A stretch of DNA of 64,000 bases, taken from assembly GCA_043826355.1 (NCBI GenBank), contig JBDRQI010000003.1, positions 7,440 through 71,439 on the forward strand, in the 5' to 3' direction. This DNA comes from Candidatus Omnitrophota bacterium (lineage in GTDB: Bacteria > Ratteibacteria > UBA8468 > MWAK01). How positions within the stretch are numbered: the stretch's first letter is position 1; every line of letters begins with the position of its first letter. The notes beneath the pieces are model-generated. The model was not told the origin of the DNA and searched no databases. It worked only from the letters and a program-made list of their open reading frames with translations. Shown here piece by piece: positions 31,437 through 41,147 of the stretch. Position numbers and translations under genes: made by a program.

Positions 31437-32259
31437 TTTTTATCGCCTCGGCTATCGCCAGGGCCCTTTTTACCTCCTTGACGTCATGTACCCGGAAGAT
31501 AGCGCCCCCGGATAAATAAGCGGTAACTACCGCGGCGATGGTGCCTTCCAGCCGTTCGTTAACCGCCAGACCGGTAATTTTGCCGATAAACGCTTTTCGG
31601 GAAGGACCCACCAGAATAGGCCGGGAAAGTTCCGCGAAATCATTAAGCCGCTTCAGGATGGTCAAATTATGCTCCGGGGTTTTGCCGAAACCGATGCCCG
31701 GGTCAATTACAATCTGTTCTTCGGAAACTCCGGATTTTTTTGCCTCGGCTATTTTTTCCGCCAGAAACTGCCTTATTTCCGCAATTACGTCCCGGTAAGA
31801 CGGATTCTCCTGCATGGTGGCGGGGGTTCCCTGCATGTGCATTAAAACTAAGCCGGACTTGTTCTCGGCAGCCAGTTCCAGAATGCGCCTGTCTTTTCCG
31901 GCCGTTATGTCGTTAATGATAGCAGCACCGGTTTTAAGCGCTTCCGCAGCCACCCTCGCTTTACAGGTATCCACGGAAACCGGAACCCGGGTTTTAGCGC
32001 AAATCTCTTCCAGAGCAGGCATCAATCTTTTCAATTCTTCTTCCTCAGAAACAGGAATGCTGCCGGGGCGGGTTGATACCGCGCCAATGTCGATGATATC
32101 AGCGCCTTCCTTTTCCATTAAAAAAGCATGTTCCAATGCTTTCTGGCGGGACGGGTATAAACCGTCTCCGGAAAAAGAATCAGGCGTCAGGTTTAAGATA
32201 CCCATAATCCTGGGCCGGGTAAGGTCAAAAACCGTATTTTTAATCAGCCAGTCAGGCAT
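31417..32259 (-). CDS. folP: Dihydropteroate synthase
   Basis: …IMGILNLTPDSFSGDG… pterin-binding signature; 280 aa. Confidence 0.9.
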   Translation of the reverse strand: MPDWLIKNTVFDLTRPRIMGILNLTPDSFSGDGLYPSRQKALEHAFLMEKEGADIIDIGAVSTRPGSIPVSEEEELKRLMPALEEICAKTRVPVSVDTCKARVAAEALKTGAAIINDITAGKDRRILELAAENKSGLVLMHMQGTPATMQENPSYRDVIAEIRQFLAEKIAEAKKSGVSEEQIVIDPGIGFGKTPEHNLTILKRLNDFAELSRPILVGPSRKAFIGKITGLAVNERLEGTIAAVVTAYLSGGAIFRVHDVKEVKRALAIAEAIKNANPGN

Positions 32260-33742
32260 GTTTTTGTTTTCGGGTTATCCTGGGGCCGGCCGGGGTGTCG
32301 TCGACGACGATGCCGCGTCCTTCAAGGTCTTTACGAATAACGTCAGATTTTGTAAAATCTTTCCTTTTGCGAGCCGTTTCCCTTTCCGAAATCAACCGCT
32401 CTTCTTCTGGGGTCAATTCCATCTTTTCTTCCCGTAAAATAGACAGAATATTGTCAATTTCTCTGACGTAACCGGAAATTAAGTCGCTCTCCGCTTTGCT
32501 TATCGCATCTTTTTCCACCTTCGGATTAAGCTCAGTAATCAGGTTGTGGAGCGAAGCCAGGCTTACCGTCATATTCAGGTCATCATCCAATCCTTCCTTA
32601 AACTCTTTCTTTGCCCGGGCAAGTCGTTCGGTTATTTCCGGGCTGGCTTTATCCTGGACAGGCGGGACGCCTGTCCAGTCTCTTGAATCAACGTTTATAA
32701 CCCTTCGGTAAAAATTTTGAATTCTTTCCACGGCATTCCGAGCGGCTGCCAAACCCTCCAGGGTGAAGTTCAAAGGGCTGCGGTAGTGGACGGAAAAGAG
32801 CAGGTACCGGATGGCTGTCGGGTCGTAACCTTTGTCAAGCAGGTCCCGCAGCGTAAAAAAGTTCCCTTTGCTCTTGGCCATCTTCTCGTTATTTACCAGG
32901 AGGTGGGCGCAGTGCAGAAAATAGCGGGCAAACGGTTTACCGTTGGCCGCCTCGCTCTGCGCAATTTCGTTTTCGTGGTGGGGAAAGATATTATCAACTC
33001 CGCCGGTATGGATATCAAGCGTTTCGCCCAGATACTTCATGCTCATCGCCGAACATTCTATGTGCCAGCCGGGACGGCCCCCATTCGCGCGGGATCCATC
33101 TCGTTCCATGTCGCCGGCGGATATAGGAAAACCGGTTTCAATATCGTATGACGGCTCGCCGGGCTTGCTCTTCTTCCAGAGCGCAAAATCCCGGACGTCT
33201 TCTTTTTCGTATTCGTCGCTTTCAGCGCGCGCGCCTTTTTTTAGAGCCAAAAGGTTTATCCCGGATAGTTTGCCGTAACCGGGAAAACGCTCGATGGAAA
33301 AATAGACTGAGCCGTCCTTCTCGTACGTATAACCTTTTTCGTTTAACTTTTTGATAATGGCAACCATTTCCGGGATATGCTCGGTGGCCCGAGGATATTT
33401 CGTTGGGTTTTTCCGGTTGGTAAAAATTCGCAGTTTATTGCAGTCATCAAAAAAAGCTTCTTCATAGCGCCGGGTATATTCGGTTAAGGATACATTTTCC
33501 TCAATACTGCGTTTGATAGTCTTGTCGTCTATGTCGGTGATGTTCATGATGTGATTGACGGCATACCCGCAATATTCCAGGTAGCGTTTCAGAATATCCT
33601 CAAAGATATAGGCGCGGAAGTTGCCGATATGGGCAAAGTCATAGACGGTCGGCCCGCAGGTATAGAGGCCGACCCGGCTGGGCTGAAGAGGCAGAAATTC
33701 CTCTTTTTTTCGTCTTAGCGTATTCCAGAATTGCAAGGCCAT
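32252..33742 (-). CDS. cysS: Cysteine--tRNA ligase
   Basis: HIGN motif (…CGPTVYDFAHIGNFR…), KMSKS (KMAKSKGN); 496 aa. Confidence 0.95.
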   Translation of the reverse strand: MALQFWNTLRRKKEEFLPLQPSRVGLYTCGPTVYDFAHIGNFRAYIFEDILKRYLEYCGYAVNHIMNITDIDDKTIKRSIEENVSLTEYTRRYEEAFFDDCNKLRIFTNRKNPTKYPRATEHIPEMVAIIKKLNEKGYTYEKDGSVYFSIERFPGYGKLSGINLLALKKGARAESDEYEKEDVRDFALWKKSKPGEPSYDIETGFPISAGDMERDGSRANGGRPGWHIECSAMSMKYLGETLDIHTGGVDNIFPHHENEIAQSEAANGKPFARYFLHCAHLLVNNEKMAKSKGNFFTLRDLLDKGYDPTAIRYLLFSVHYRSPLNFTLEGLAAARNAVERIQNFYRRVINVDSRDWTGVPPVQDKASPEITERLARAKKEFKEGLDDDLNMTVSLASLHNLITELNPKVEKDAISKAESDLISGYVREIDNILSILREEKMELTPEEERLISERETARKRKDFTKSDVIRKDLEGRGIVVDDTPAGPRITRKQKHA

Positions 33743-33747
33743 AAGCG

Positions 33748-35184
33748 TTATAAAGCGGTTTGCAGACGATGAAGCACTTTTTCCCTGCCCAATAAAGATA
33801 GCGTTTCAAAAAGGCCCGGTCCCACCGTTTGCCCGGTTACGGCCACCCGCAGCGGGTGAAAAACCGCACTTGTCTTCAGGTTTTGACCCGTACAGTAATC
33901 ACGAATGATTTTCTCCAGATTGACCGTAGAAAAATCGGCCTCTTTTTTCAGCAGTTGGTTTACGTCGGTCAGTATTTTCCCCGCGCCTTCTTTTTGCAAA
34001 ATTTTTACCTTTGCCTTAGCATCATATTCAACCTCTTCCTTCAGAAATATCTTGGCTGCTTCCGGTAAATCGGAAAATTTCTTAACGCGTTCACCCATTA
34101 CGGTAATAACCCGGGCAAGATATTCCCTTTCTTCCGGAAGAACCGTCTCGGAAATCAGGCCGGCCTCCCGCAGAAAAGGCAGGCTTAAATCAACCAACCG
34201 GCTTAAATCCGCCTTATGGAAGTAAAGTCCGTTCATCCAGGTCAATTTTGCCAGGTCAAAGATGGCCGCTCCCTCTTTGCAGCGTTCCAGGCTGAATTCT
34301 TGAATTAATTCGGCCGGCGTGAATATTTCCTTGTCTTCGGTGGTCCCCCAACCCAGAAGCGCCAGATAGTTAAAGACCGCTTCCGGCAGAAACCCCTGGA
34401 TTCTCAGTTCGCGCAGTGAGGTGGCGCCGTGCCTTTTGGAAAGACGGCTGCCATCCGGACCAAGGGTCATGGCCATGTGGGCAAAAAAAGGCGGTGTTTT
34501 ACCGAATGCTTCAAAAAGAAGTATGTGCCGGGGTGTGTTGGAAATATGGTCTTCACCGCGGAATACGTGCGTTATTTCCATGGTAATATCGTCCAGGACA
34601 ACTGCAAAATGAAAGGCCGGTTTTCCGTCCGATTTCATGATTATCAGGTCACCCATCAAAGCGGTATCAAAAGTAATCTCTCCGCGGATTAAATCATTAA
34701 AGGTGACTTTTCTTTCCGGCAACCGGAATCGGACGACCGGTTTCCGGCCTTCTTTTTCAAAAGCGGCTTTCTGTTCCCCGGTAAGCGAGCGGCAGCGGTT
34801 ATCATAGCGTGGGCTTTCCTTCCGCTGCATCTGCGCCTGGCGCATTGCCTCCAGTTCCTCCGGCGCGCAGTAACAGAAATAGGCCTTTTCCTCTTTCAGC
34901 AAACGCTGTGCTGCCTCTTGATATATTTCCAGGCGTTCCGACTGTCGGTAGGGATTGAAAAGACCGCCTATATCCGGGCCTTCGTCCCAATCCAGGCCCA
35001 GCCAGGTCAGGTCCTCTAAAATTATTTTTTCATATTCCGGCTTGCTTCGTTCCGGGTCAGTATCCTCAATGCGTAAAATGAAAGAACCCTTATTCTTGCG
35101 CGCCAGAAGGTAATTAAAAAGTGCAGTTCTGGCGTTTCCGATATGCAGGTATCCGGTTGGACTCGGCGCAAACCTTACTCTCAT
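33748..35184 (-). CDS. gltX: Glutamate--tRNA ligase
   Basis: MRVRFAPSPTGYLHIGNART HIGH motif, KLSKR (RLSKRHG); 478 aa. Confidence 0.95.
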   Translation of the reverse strand: MRVRFAPSPTGYLHIGNARTALFNYLLARKNKGSFILRIEDTDPERSKPEYEKIILEDLTWLGLDWDEGPDIGGLFNPYRQSERLEIYQEAAQRLLKEEKAYFCYCAPEELEAMRQAQMQRKESPRYDNRCRSLTGEQKAAFEKEGRKPVVRFRLPERKVTFNDLIRGEITFDTALMGDLIIMKSDGKPAFHFAVVLDDITMEITHVFRGEDHISNTPRHILLFEAFGKTPPFFAHMAMTLGPDGSRLSKRHGATSLRELRIQGFLPEAVFNYLALLGWGTTEDKEIFTPAELIQEFSLERCKEGAAIFDLAKLTWMNGLYFHKADLSRLVDLSLPFLREAGLISETVLPEEREYLARVITVMGERVKKFSDLPEAAKIFLKEEVEYDAKAKVKILQKEGAGKILTDVNQLLKKEADFSTVNLEKIIRDYCTGQNLKTSAVFHPLRVAVTGQTVGPGLFETLSLLGREKVLHRLQTAL

Positions 35185-35194
35185 TATTTCCCCC

Positions 35195-35340
35195 AGGTAT
35201 TGAAAATTTAACCGCAGAGCACGCAGAGCACGCCGAGAATTACTAAAGATAAAGGTTAAATATTATTACTGTTTTTTCTTCAAGTTTTCTTTCTTGCTTC
35301 GTACTTCTCTGCGGACTCAGCGGTCTCTGCGGTGCATCTT
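35195..35340. repeat. Imperfect inverted repeat (…CCGCAGAGCACGCAGAGCACGCC… / …CTCTGCGGACTCAGCGGTCTCTGCGGTGC…) flanking AT-rich spacer between gltX start and ispF stop
   Basis: Read directly; same architecture (GC-rich IR arms, ~60-70 bp AT-rich centre) as elements at 21.2 kb and 38.2 kb. Confidence 0.35.
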
Positions 35341-35343
35341 TTA

Positions 35344-35820
35344 TTATTTTACAGAACCCAAAGTAACGATTGCGAATGAAGAAATTGCCTGTCCTTTTCC
35401 GACTTCAGCCAGACCTTCGTTGGTTTTAAATTTGACACCGACCATTTCCGTACCTATCTTCAAAGCACCGGCTATTCCGGCTTGTATCTCGCCCCGAAAA
35501 GGGGAGAGGGAGGGTTGCTGGCAGACCAACACGGTATCTACCTGTTTAACCTTCATCCTTTTCCGAACGGCTATCCTTCTGGTTCTTTCCAACAACTCCA
35601 GACCGGAAATTCCTTTCCACCTGGGGTCGGTATCCGGAAAATGAACTCCGATATCCCCGAAAGCCATTGCGCCCAGTATCGCGTCGGCGATGGCGTGGCA
35701 AAGCACGTCTCCGTCGCTATAACCTAACGGCCCTTTGGCAAACGGAATCTTTACCCCGGCGATAACCAGCGGTCTTCCTTTAACCAGGCGGTGGATATCC
35801 GAACCGATTCCTATTCTCAT
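35344..35820 (-). CDS. ispF: 2-C-methyl-D-erythritol 2,4-cyclodiphosphate synthase
   Basis: MRIGIGSDIHRL…, …GYSDGDVLCHAIADAILGA… zinc/motif blocks; 158 aa. Confidence 0.9.
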   Translation of the reverse strand: MRIGIGSDIHRLVKGRPLVIAGVKIPFAKGPLGYSDGDVLCHAIADAILGAMAFGDIGVHFPDTDPRWKGISGLELLERTRRIAVRKRMKVKQVDTVLVCQQPSLSPFRGEIQAGIAGALKIGTEMVGVKFKTNEGLAEVGKGQAISSFAIVTLGSVK

Positions 35821-35830
35821 AAAAGATATG

Positions 35831-36382
35831 TTACGGTTTAAAAAGTTTGGAATCTTTTTTTATCGTCTTAAAATAATTAAGTAATTCTTCGGCTATTTCG
35901 GGTGAATCAATCAGTAAATTCGCTTCCCAATTTTTGCTAAGAGAGTAGTACGCCCAATTGGTGCTGCCCAGAAGGACCAGCCGCCGGTCAACCACTAAAA
36001 ATTTGGCGTGCAGGGTTTTTTGGGGGTTGTCAAGGTATACCCTAACTTTACCTTTAGCTAATTTCGGGGCGACCTCTAGATTGTAAGCACTGTTATCTTC
36101 GTTATAATTTTTTGACTGCTCCAGGCACACTTCAACATTTATGCCTCTCTTGGCGGCCAGAATCAACCCGTCAATTAAAAGATTGGAAGGACTTTGAGGG
36201 TATTTCGGGTAATAACGAATTTCAAAAACGGCGAAATTAATCGATTCTTTAGCCCCCTCAATTGCCTTCAAAGCCGCCGGGTAATACTGCCTGTCAAGGA
36301 TTACCTTAACCGACTCGGCTTGAATCCTAACCGGATTGAAGGCAAATGCGAGAAAAAAGAACAGCCAGAAAAATCTTTTCAT
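35831..36382 (-). CDS. Secreted phospholipase-D-family (HKD) nuclease-like protein
   Basis: N-terminal hydrophobic signal peptide; single HKD motif …LHAKFLVVD…GSTNW… as in Nuc-type PLD endonucleases; 183 aa. Confidence 0.55.
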   Translation of the reverse strand: MKRFFWLFFFLAFAFNPVRIQAESVKVILDRQYYPAALKAIEGAKESINFAVFEIRYYPKYPQSPSNLLIDGLILAAKRGINVEVCLEQSKNYNEDNSAYNLEVAPKLAKGKVRVYLDNPQKTLHAKFLVVDRRLVLLGSTNWAYYSLSKNWEANLLIDSPEIAEELLNYFKTIKKDSKLFKP

Positions 36383-37206
36383 TGATATTGACGAATCATT
36401 TTAGTCAGGTCAACCTTTCCTTCGTAAAGCGCTTTACCGATAATGATTCCTTTAAGGTTGGGCACATTTAGCTGAACCAGCCGGGCAATATCTTCTTCGC
36501 CGCCGATGCCGCCGGCGGCAATCAGCGAAATTTTCGGTACGGCCAGCGCCAGTTGTTGCATTCCCGCCACATCCGGGCCCAGCAAGGTGCCGTCCTGTTC
36601 AACCGAGGTAACGACCATCTGACGAAAACCGAACTCCTGGAAATTTTCAGCCATCTTTTCCGGCCGGGGCGGCAGGGTTAACTCCCAGCCGCTTATCGCC
36701 ACCGCGCCCTTTTTGCAATCCAGACCGATGATTACTTTTTCAATAAGTTTGGCACGTACTATGTCCTGGATAAGGCTGGAGTAGGGCAGGTCAACTTCAA
36801 CGATAAAATCACCCAGTGATTTGGGGTAATTAATCTTAAGACGTTCTTCGTTAATCTTGATTGCGTCCAGCATCGCGGCTGTTCCCAGAATGACGTAATC
36901 AACCCCCCACCCCAGCAAGCGTTGTATCTCATCTATTGTCCGGATACCGCCCCCCACTTCTACCTGAAGATTAAACCGTTTTTTCTCCTTCAGAAGTTCC
37001 AATAGAATCGGGTCTTCTTCCAACGGGCGCAGCCCTTCCCGGGCCGCGCCCAAAAAAACAAGGTGAATACGCTGCGCCCCGGATTCGGCATATTTCCGGA
37101 ACGTTTCCCCGGGGGAAAGACCGTAGTCGGTTACCTGCTGATAATTACCTTGAGTCAGACGCACTAGCCGTTTTTCCAAAATGTCAATTGCCGGAATAAT
37201 CAGCAT
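36379..37206 (-). CDS. hisA: HisA/PriA-type phosphoribosyl isomerase ((beta/alpha)8 barrel)
   Basis: MLIIPAIDI…, …VGGGIRT…, …IILGTAA… blocks; no other his genes in window. Confidence 0.65.
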   Translation of the reverse strand: MLIIPAIDILEKRLVRLTQGNYQQVTDYGLSPGETFRKYAESGAQRIHLVFLGAAREGLRPLEEDPILLELLKEKKRFNLQVEVGGGIRTIDEIQRLLGWGVDYVILGTAAMLDAIKINEERLKINYPKSLGDFIVEVDLPYSSLIQDIVRAKLIEKVIIGLDCKKGAVAISGWELTLPPRPEKMAENFQEFGFRQMVVTSVEQDGTLLGPDVAGMQQLALAVPKISLIAAGGIGGEEDIARLVQLNVPNLKGIIIGKALYEGKVDLTKMIRQYQ

Positions 37207-38177
37207 AGATTCAGACCCTCCACGATTAATTCTATCTCCGGATATAAAACCGGCTTAGCCAGATTAACCGAAGGAAAACGGACACTGTCTTTTCCGGTAA
37301 TAACTAAAAAATCCGCCTCTTTCAAAGGAATTTTTTGTATCTCCTGCGCCGAATAAAAATGATGGTCGGCGAAAAGAGAAGCCCCGACTACCAAAATTCC
37401 TGTTTTTTTCATTTTTTTGATAAAACTCTGCGGGTCGCCGATTGCGGCGCAGAGCCATACCTTTTTGCCGGCCATGCCTTCAAGCGATACTGATTCTCCG
37501 GATAAAGAACGAAATCTCCGGTAATGATAATGACTTTTAACCACTGACGCCTTCGGATTAAACCTAATCAGTTCCTTCCGAAAACTATCCGACTCTTTTT
37601 CGCTAACCAGGTCTGTTTGATTAAGCCAGACAAGATCGGCCCGGCGAATATTGGCTAACGGCTCCCGCAAAGGCCCGGCCGGCAAGAGACGGCCGTTTCC
37701 CAAACGGCTAGCGCAATTAAAGACCAGGATATTATAATCGCGGTGCAGGCGCAGGGCGTGGAAAGCGTCGTCCAAAATAATTACTTCGGCGCCAAACTTT
37801 TCACAGGCAACCTGCGCCTGAACCTCGCGGCGCCGACCCGACAGAACCGGGATACCGGGCAGGTTTTGCGCCAGAAGATAGGCCTCGTCTCCGGCCTGCC
37901 GTATGTCTGTTAAGATACTCCTTCCGTCGGAAACGACCAGACCTTCACGACTGCCGCTGACACCATGACTGATAACCGCCACCCGCTTTCCTTGTCCGCG
38001 AAAATAATTAGCCAGGTACTGGGTGACGGTAGTCTTTCCGGTTCCACCCGTGGTAATATTACCTACGCTGACCACCAGAGCCGGAACCCGGACTTTTTCC
38101 AAAAATCCTTTCTGATAAAGAAGCCGCCGGGTCTCCGAAAATAAATAGTACAGCGGTGTTAAAAAAGTTAGCATCAA
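37200..38177 (-). CDS. lpxK: Tetraacyldisaccharide 4'-kinase
   Basis: Walker A …VSVGNITTGGTGKTT…; 325 aa. Confidence 0.8.
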   Translation of the reverse strand: MMLTFLTPLYYLFSETRRLLYQKGFLEKVRVPALVVSVGNITTGGTGKTTVTQYLANYFRGQGKRVAVISHGVSGSREGLVVSDGRSILTDIRQAGDEAYLLAQNLPGIPVLSGRRREVQAQVACEKFGAEVIILDDAFHALRLHRDYNILVFNCASRLGNGRLLPAGPLREPLANIRRADLVWLNQTDLVSEKESDSFRKELIRFNPKASVVKSHYHYRRFRSLSGESVSLEGMAGKKVWLCAAIGDPQSFIKKMKKTGILVVGASLFADHHFYSAQEIQKIPLKEADFLVITGKDSVRFPSVNLAKPVLYPEIELIVEGLNLC

Positions 38178-38327
38178 TATTCATTGGGACGCAGATTACC
38201 GCAGATAATCGCGGATACGGATTTAAAGACTATTTTTAGAGAATTACTAAGAAACACTTTAAAAAAATATCATTTAGCATTATCCGGTCATCTGCGTACT
38301 GTTTTAATTTCTTAGTAATCTGCATCC

Positions 38328-39551
38328 TCAAAAAAGCGTTGGCTGCTTTATGACGGATTCCGGCATTATTTCAACTTTGCCGAATTCGCCGTCGTAACCG
38401 GGTTCCACTTTAACCCGGCCCCGGCGCACCGAAATGATGGCGGCTGCTATCTCCGGTTCCACCTTGTTTTCAATCTCCGATTCCGATAATGAAAGCAGAA
38501 TTTCAAACTCCGGCGCCAGGCTGCTGACCAGTTTCCGGTATTTCTCTTTAACCACCGGGCTGTCCACCGGTCTCTTCAGGACAAAAGCGATAATCTGGTC
38601 AAGGGGCACCATTCGTCGAAAAGGAACACTGCTCTCCGGAACGGTGCCTTCCGGCCGGTCCGCTAATTCTACGACCCGGTGCAGTACGCCGACGGTGACC
38701 TTCCGGCCGCAAACCGGACAAAGATTTTTGCCCGCAATGGCTTTTTCCGGCGGAAGGGAAGATTTGCAAAAGCGATGTCCGTCATAGTGATATTTCCCCT
38801 CTTCCGGAAAATACTCCACGGTATACAGGAATCTTTCCTTATCTTTTGTTTTCAGAACGTCAACAATTTCGCGGTAATCAAGAGCTTTGCTGAAAACGTT
38901 AACTTCCCGGCCAATTTTGGCCGGTGAATGAGCGTCGGAATTTGATATCAGAGAGTAGGCATCCAAACACGAAAGCCGCCAATTCATCGCCGGGTCGCTG
39001 GAAAGACCGGTCTCCAGGGCAAATACTTCCGATAATCTTTTGGGAAAACAATCTTCGATCCGGTCAAAACCACTGTTGGAGCCAAACAGAGAGAAATGAG
39101 GAGTCCAGATATGGGCCGGGACCACAAAACCGACCTCGGCGGCATCTTTTACCCGGCCAATCAGGTCATCCGCGGAAAGCTGCAGCATCGGACGTCCATC
39201 GGAACCAAGGCTGCCGTAGGCGGCAAGTTTCAACGAAAGCCGCTCAGCTGCTTCCAGGTCAGGCAAAAAGATAACATTGTGTATTCTTTTGATGGAATTA
39301 CGGCTGGGGAAAATATTGCATACCTCAGCGGTCAGGATAAACCGGAGCCCCCGGTAAGCATAAATCCCGTCTGCGGCCGGTTGCAGCTTTTTTCTCAGTT
39401 CCTGAAACCAGACCGGATGGGTAAAATCCCCGGTTCCTACCAGGGATATTCCTTTTTCCTGGGCCGCCTGGGCCAGATGCTCCAGGTCCATATTCAGGCT
39501 GGTAGCACGGGAATATTTAGAATGAATATGAAAATCAGCGATGAAAGACAT
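38328..39551 (-). CDS. PHP-domain protein with internal zinc ribbon, EndoQ-like (TIGR00375-type)
   Basis: N-terminal …ADFHIHSKYSRATS… PHP metal-binding block, …GTGDFTHP…, CPVCGRKV zinc-finger; 407 aa. Confidence 0.5.
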   Translation of the reverse strand: MSFIADFHIHSKYSRATSLNMDLEHLAQAAQEKGISLVGTGDFTHPVWFQELRKKLQPAADGIYAYRGLRFILTAEVCNIFPSRNSIKRIHNVIFLPDLEAAERLSLKLAAYGSLGSDGRPMLQLSADDLIGRVKDAAEVGFVVPAHIWTPHFSLFGSNSGFDRIEDCFPKRLSEVFALETGLSSDPAMNWRLSCLDAYSLISNSDAHSPAKIGREVNVFSKALDYREIVDVLKTKDKERFLYTVEYFPEEGKYHYDGHRFCKSSLPPEKAIAGKNLCPVCGRKVTVGVLHRVVELADRPEGTVPESSVPFRRMVPLDQIIAFVLKRPVDSPVVKEKYRKLVSSLAPEFEILLSLSESEIENKVEPEIAAAIISVRRGRVKVEPGYDGEFGKVEIMPESVIKQPTLF

Positions 39552-40026
39552 GGCTTAATTCGTCGTAAAGCGCATCCAGAGAATCCGGCAGGGATTTGAT
39601 GCCGCTGACCGCCGGCATAAAATTGGTATCTCCAGCCCAGCGGGGAATGACGTGTACGTGAAGATGACCGGCGATTCCGGCGCCGGCTGCCTTACCCATA
39701 TTAAGACCGACATTTAAACCTTCCGGTTTCAGCGTTTTCTTCAATCCCTCATTTGCCATTTTAATCAGAGAGAATAGTTCCTTCGCTTCTTCCGATTTCA
39801 GTACCGACAGGTCTTTCAAGTGCCGGTTGGGAAGAACCATCAGGTGTCCGTTATTATAGGGAAAACGGTTTAAAATTATGAACGCGCCCGCACCACGGAA
39901 AACAATCAGGTTCTTCCGGTCATCATTTTCCCGTATCACCCGGCAGAATAGACATGCCTTATCTTTGTTGGGCTGAATTACGTAACCCTTGCGCCAGGGA
40001 GCCCAAAGTACATTATTTTCTTTAGC
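39535..40026 (-). CDS. HIT-family (histidine triad) protein
   Basis: …GHLHVHVIPR… histidine triad; start inferred at MAKENNVLW. Confidence 0.8.
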   Translation of the reverse strand, partial: AKENNVLWAPWRKGYVIQPNKDKACLFCRVIRENDDRKNLIVFRGAGAFIILNRFPYNNGHLMVLPNRHLKDLSVLKSEEAKELFSLIKMANEGLKKTLKPEGLNVGLNMGKAAGAGIAGHLHVHVIPRWAGDTNFMPAVSGIKSLPDSLDALYDELSHVFHR

Positions 40027-40132
40027 CATTATTGAAAGATATAATACAACAAATCCGGACAAAACGCAAAACGAATTTTCTTGACTTTTTTGACGGAAAA
40101 AGGTATATTTTAGCGATTACGCAGGGATTGAC

Positions 40133-40203
40133 GCGGGGTTAGTTTAGTGGTAAAACTACAGCCTTCCAAGCTGTTAATGAGGGTTCGATTCCCTCACCCC
40201 GCT
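40133..40203 (+). tRNA. tRNA-Gly (anticodon UCC)
   Basis: Cloverleaf: acceptor GCGGGGT/ACCCCGC, D-arm GTTT-AGTGGTA-AAAC, anticodon stem ACAGC/GCTGT with loop CTTCCAA, T-arm GAGGG-TTCGATT-CCCTC, discriminator T; no encoded CCA; 3' end overlaps pdxA stop by ~10 nt. Confidence 0.85.
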
Positions 40204-41147
40204 CTGAAAGAAAGGCGCAGAGCTAGTTTAATTGCCGCTTCCATGCTGCGGCTATCCGCGCGATTTTTGTAGGCCAGACCGAATGCCGTACCGTGGTCCG
40301 GACTGGTACGGATAAAAGGCAGGCCAACGGTAATATTAACTCCCCGGTCAAAATAGAGCGCCTTAAACAAAGGCAGAATCTGGTCGTGGTAGGCGGATAC
40401 CATCAGTTGAAACCCTCCCTGGCAATAAATACGGTAAGCGGAATCGGCCGGAACCGGTCCGGAAATATTCAGACCTTCTTTTAACAATAACTCCGTAGCC
40501 GGTTTAAAAATGGTCTTCTCTTCTTTTCCGAGGCAGCCTCCTTCGCCGGCGTGAGGATTCAAACCGCAAATCAGAATTTTTGGATTTTTGATTCCCAGGC
40601 TGGACTTTAAAAAACGGTTGGCAAGCTTCACCTTACGGAAAATCAGATCCGCGGTTATCTTCCGGGAAACATCGGAGAGAGAAAGATGGGCGGTCAGAAG
40701 AATGAAGCGAAATTTTCCGGCTGAAAAGAGCATTCCATAATCGGCAATGCCGAATTTTTCCGCCAGAACCTCGGTATGGCCGCAGAATTTGAAACCGGCC
40801 AGATTAATCGCTTCTTTGGAAACCGGAGCGGTAACCAATGCTTGAATTTTGCCGCTTTTCAAAAAAGAGATTGCATCCGAAAAATATCCGTAAGCGGCCT
40901 TTCCGGTTAAGGAGTTGACCTCTCCGACGGTAAATGTCCGGGTGTTGATTATTCCGGAGCTGATAACTGCAACGCCTTTTGGCACCGCCAACCGGGTACG
41001 CTTCAAAACCGGTCCGTCTCCGAAAAGCAAAAATTTTGTCTCCGGACCGGCTTTAATACCGGCCAGCGCTTTTAACGTAACCTCCGGACCGATGCCGGCT
41101 GGGTCACCAATAGTAATACCTAAAGAGATTTCAGTCCGCTTCCTCAA
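40194..41147 (-). CDS. pdxA: 4-hydroxythreonine-4-phosphate dehydrogenase
   Basis: …LGITIGDPAGIGPEV…, …HAGEGG…, …TSPDHGTAF… PdxA blocks; 317 aa. Confidence 0.85.
   Translation of the reverse strand: MRKRTEISLGITIGDPAGIGPEVTLKALAGIKAGPETKFLLFGDGPVLKRTRLAVPKGVAVISSGIINTRTFTVGEVNSLTGKAAYGYFSDAISFLKSGKIQALVTAPVSKEAINLAGFKFCGHTEVLAEKFGIADYGMLFSAGKFRFILLTAHLSLSDVSRKITADLIFRKVKLANRFLKSSLGIKNPKILICGLNPHAGEGGCLGKEEKTIFKPATELLLKEGLNISGPVPADSAYRIYCQGGFQLMVSAYHDQILPLFKALYFDRGVNITVGLPFIRTSPDHGTAFGLAYKNRADSRSMEAAIKLALRLSFRAG

Noticed and set aside
35294-35644. 116-aa plus-strand ORF overlapping ispF
   Set aside because: It is antisense to a well-supported ispF CDS, and its 5' part lies in the inverted-repeat spacer.
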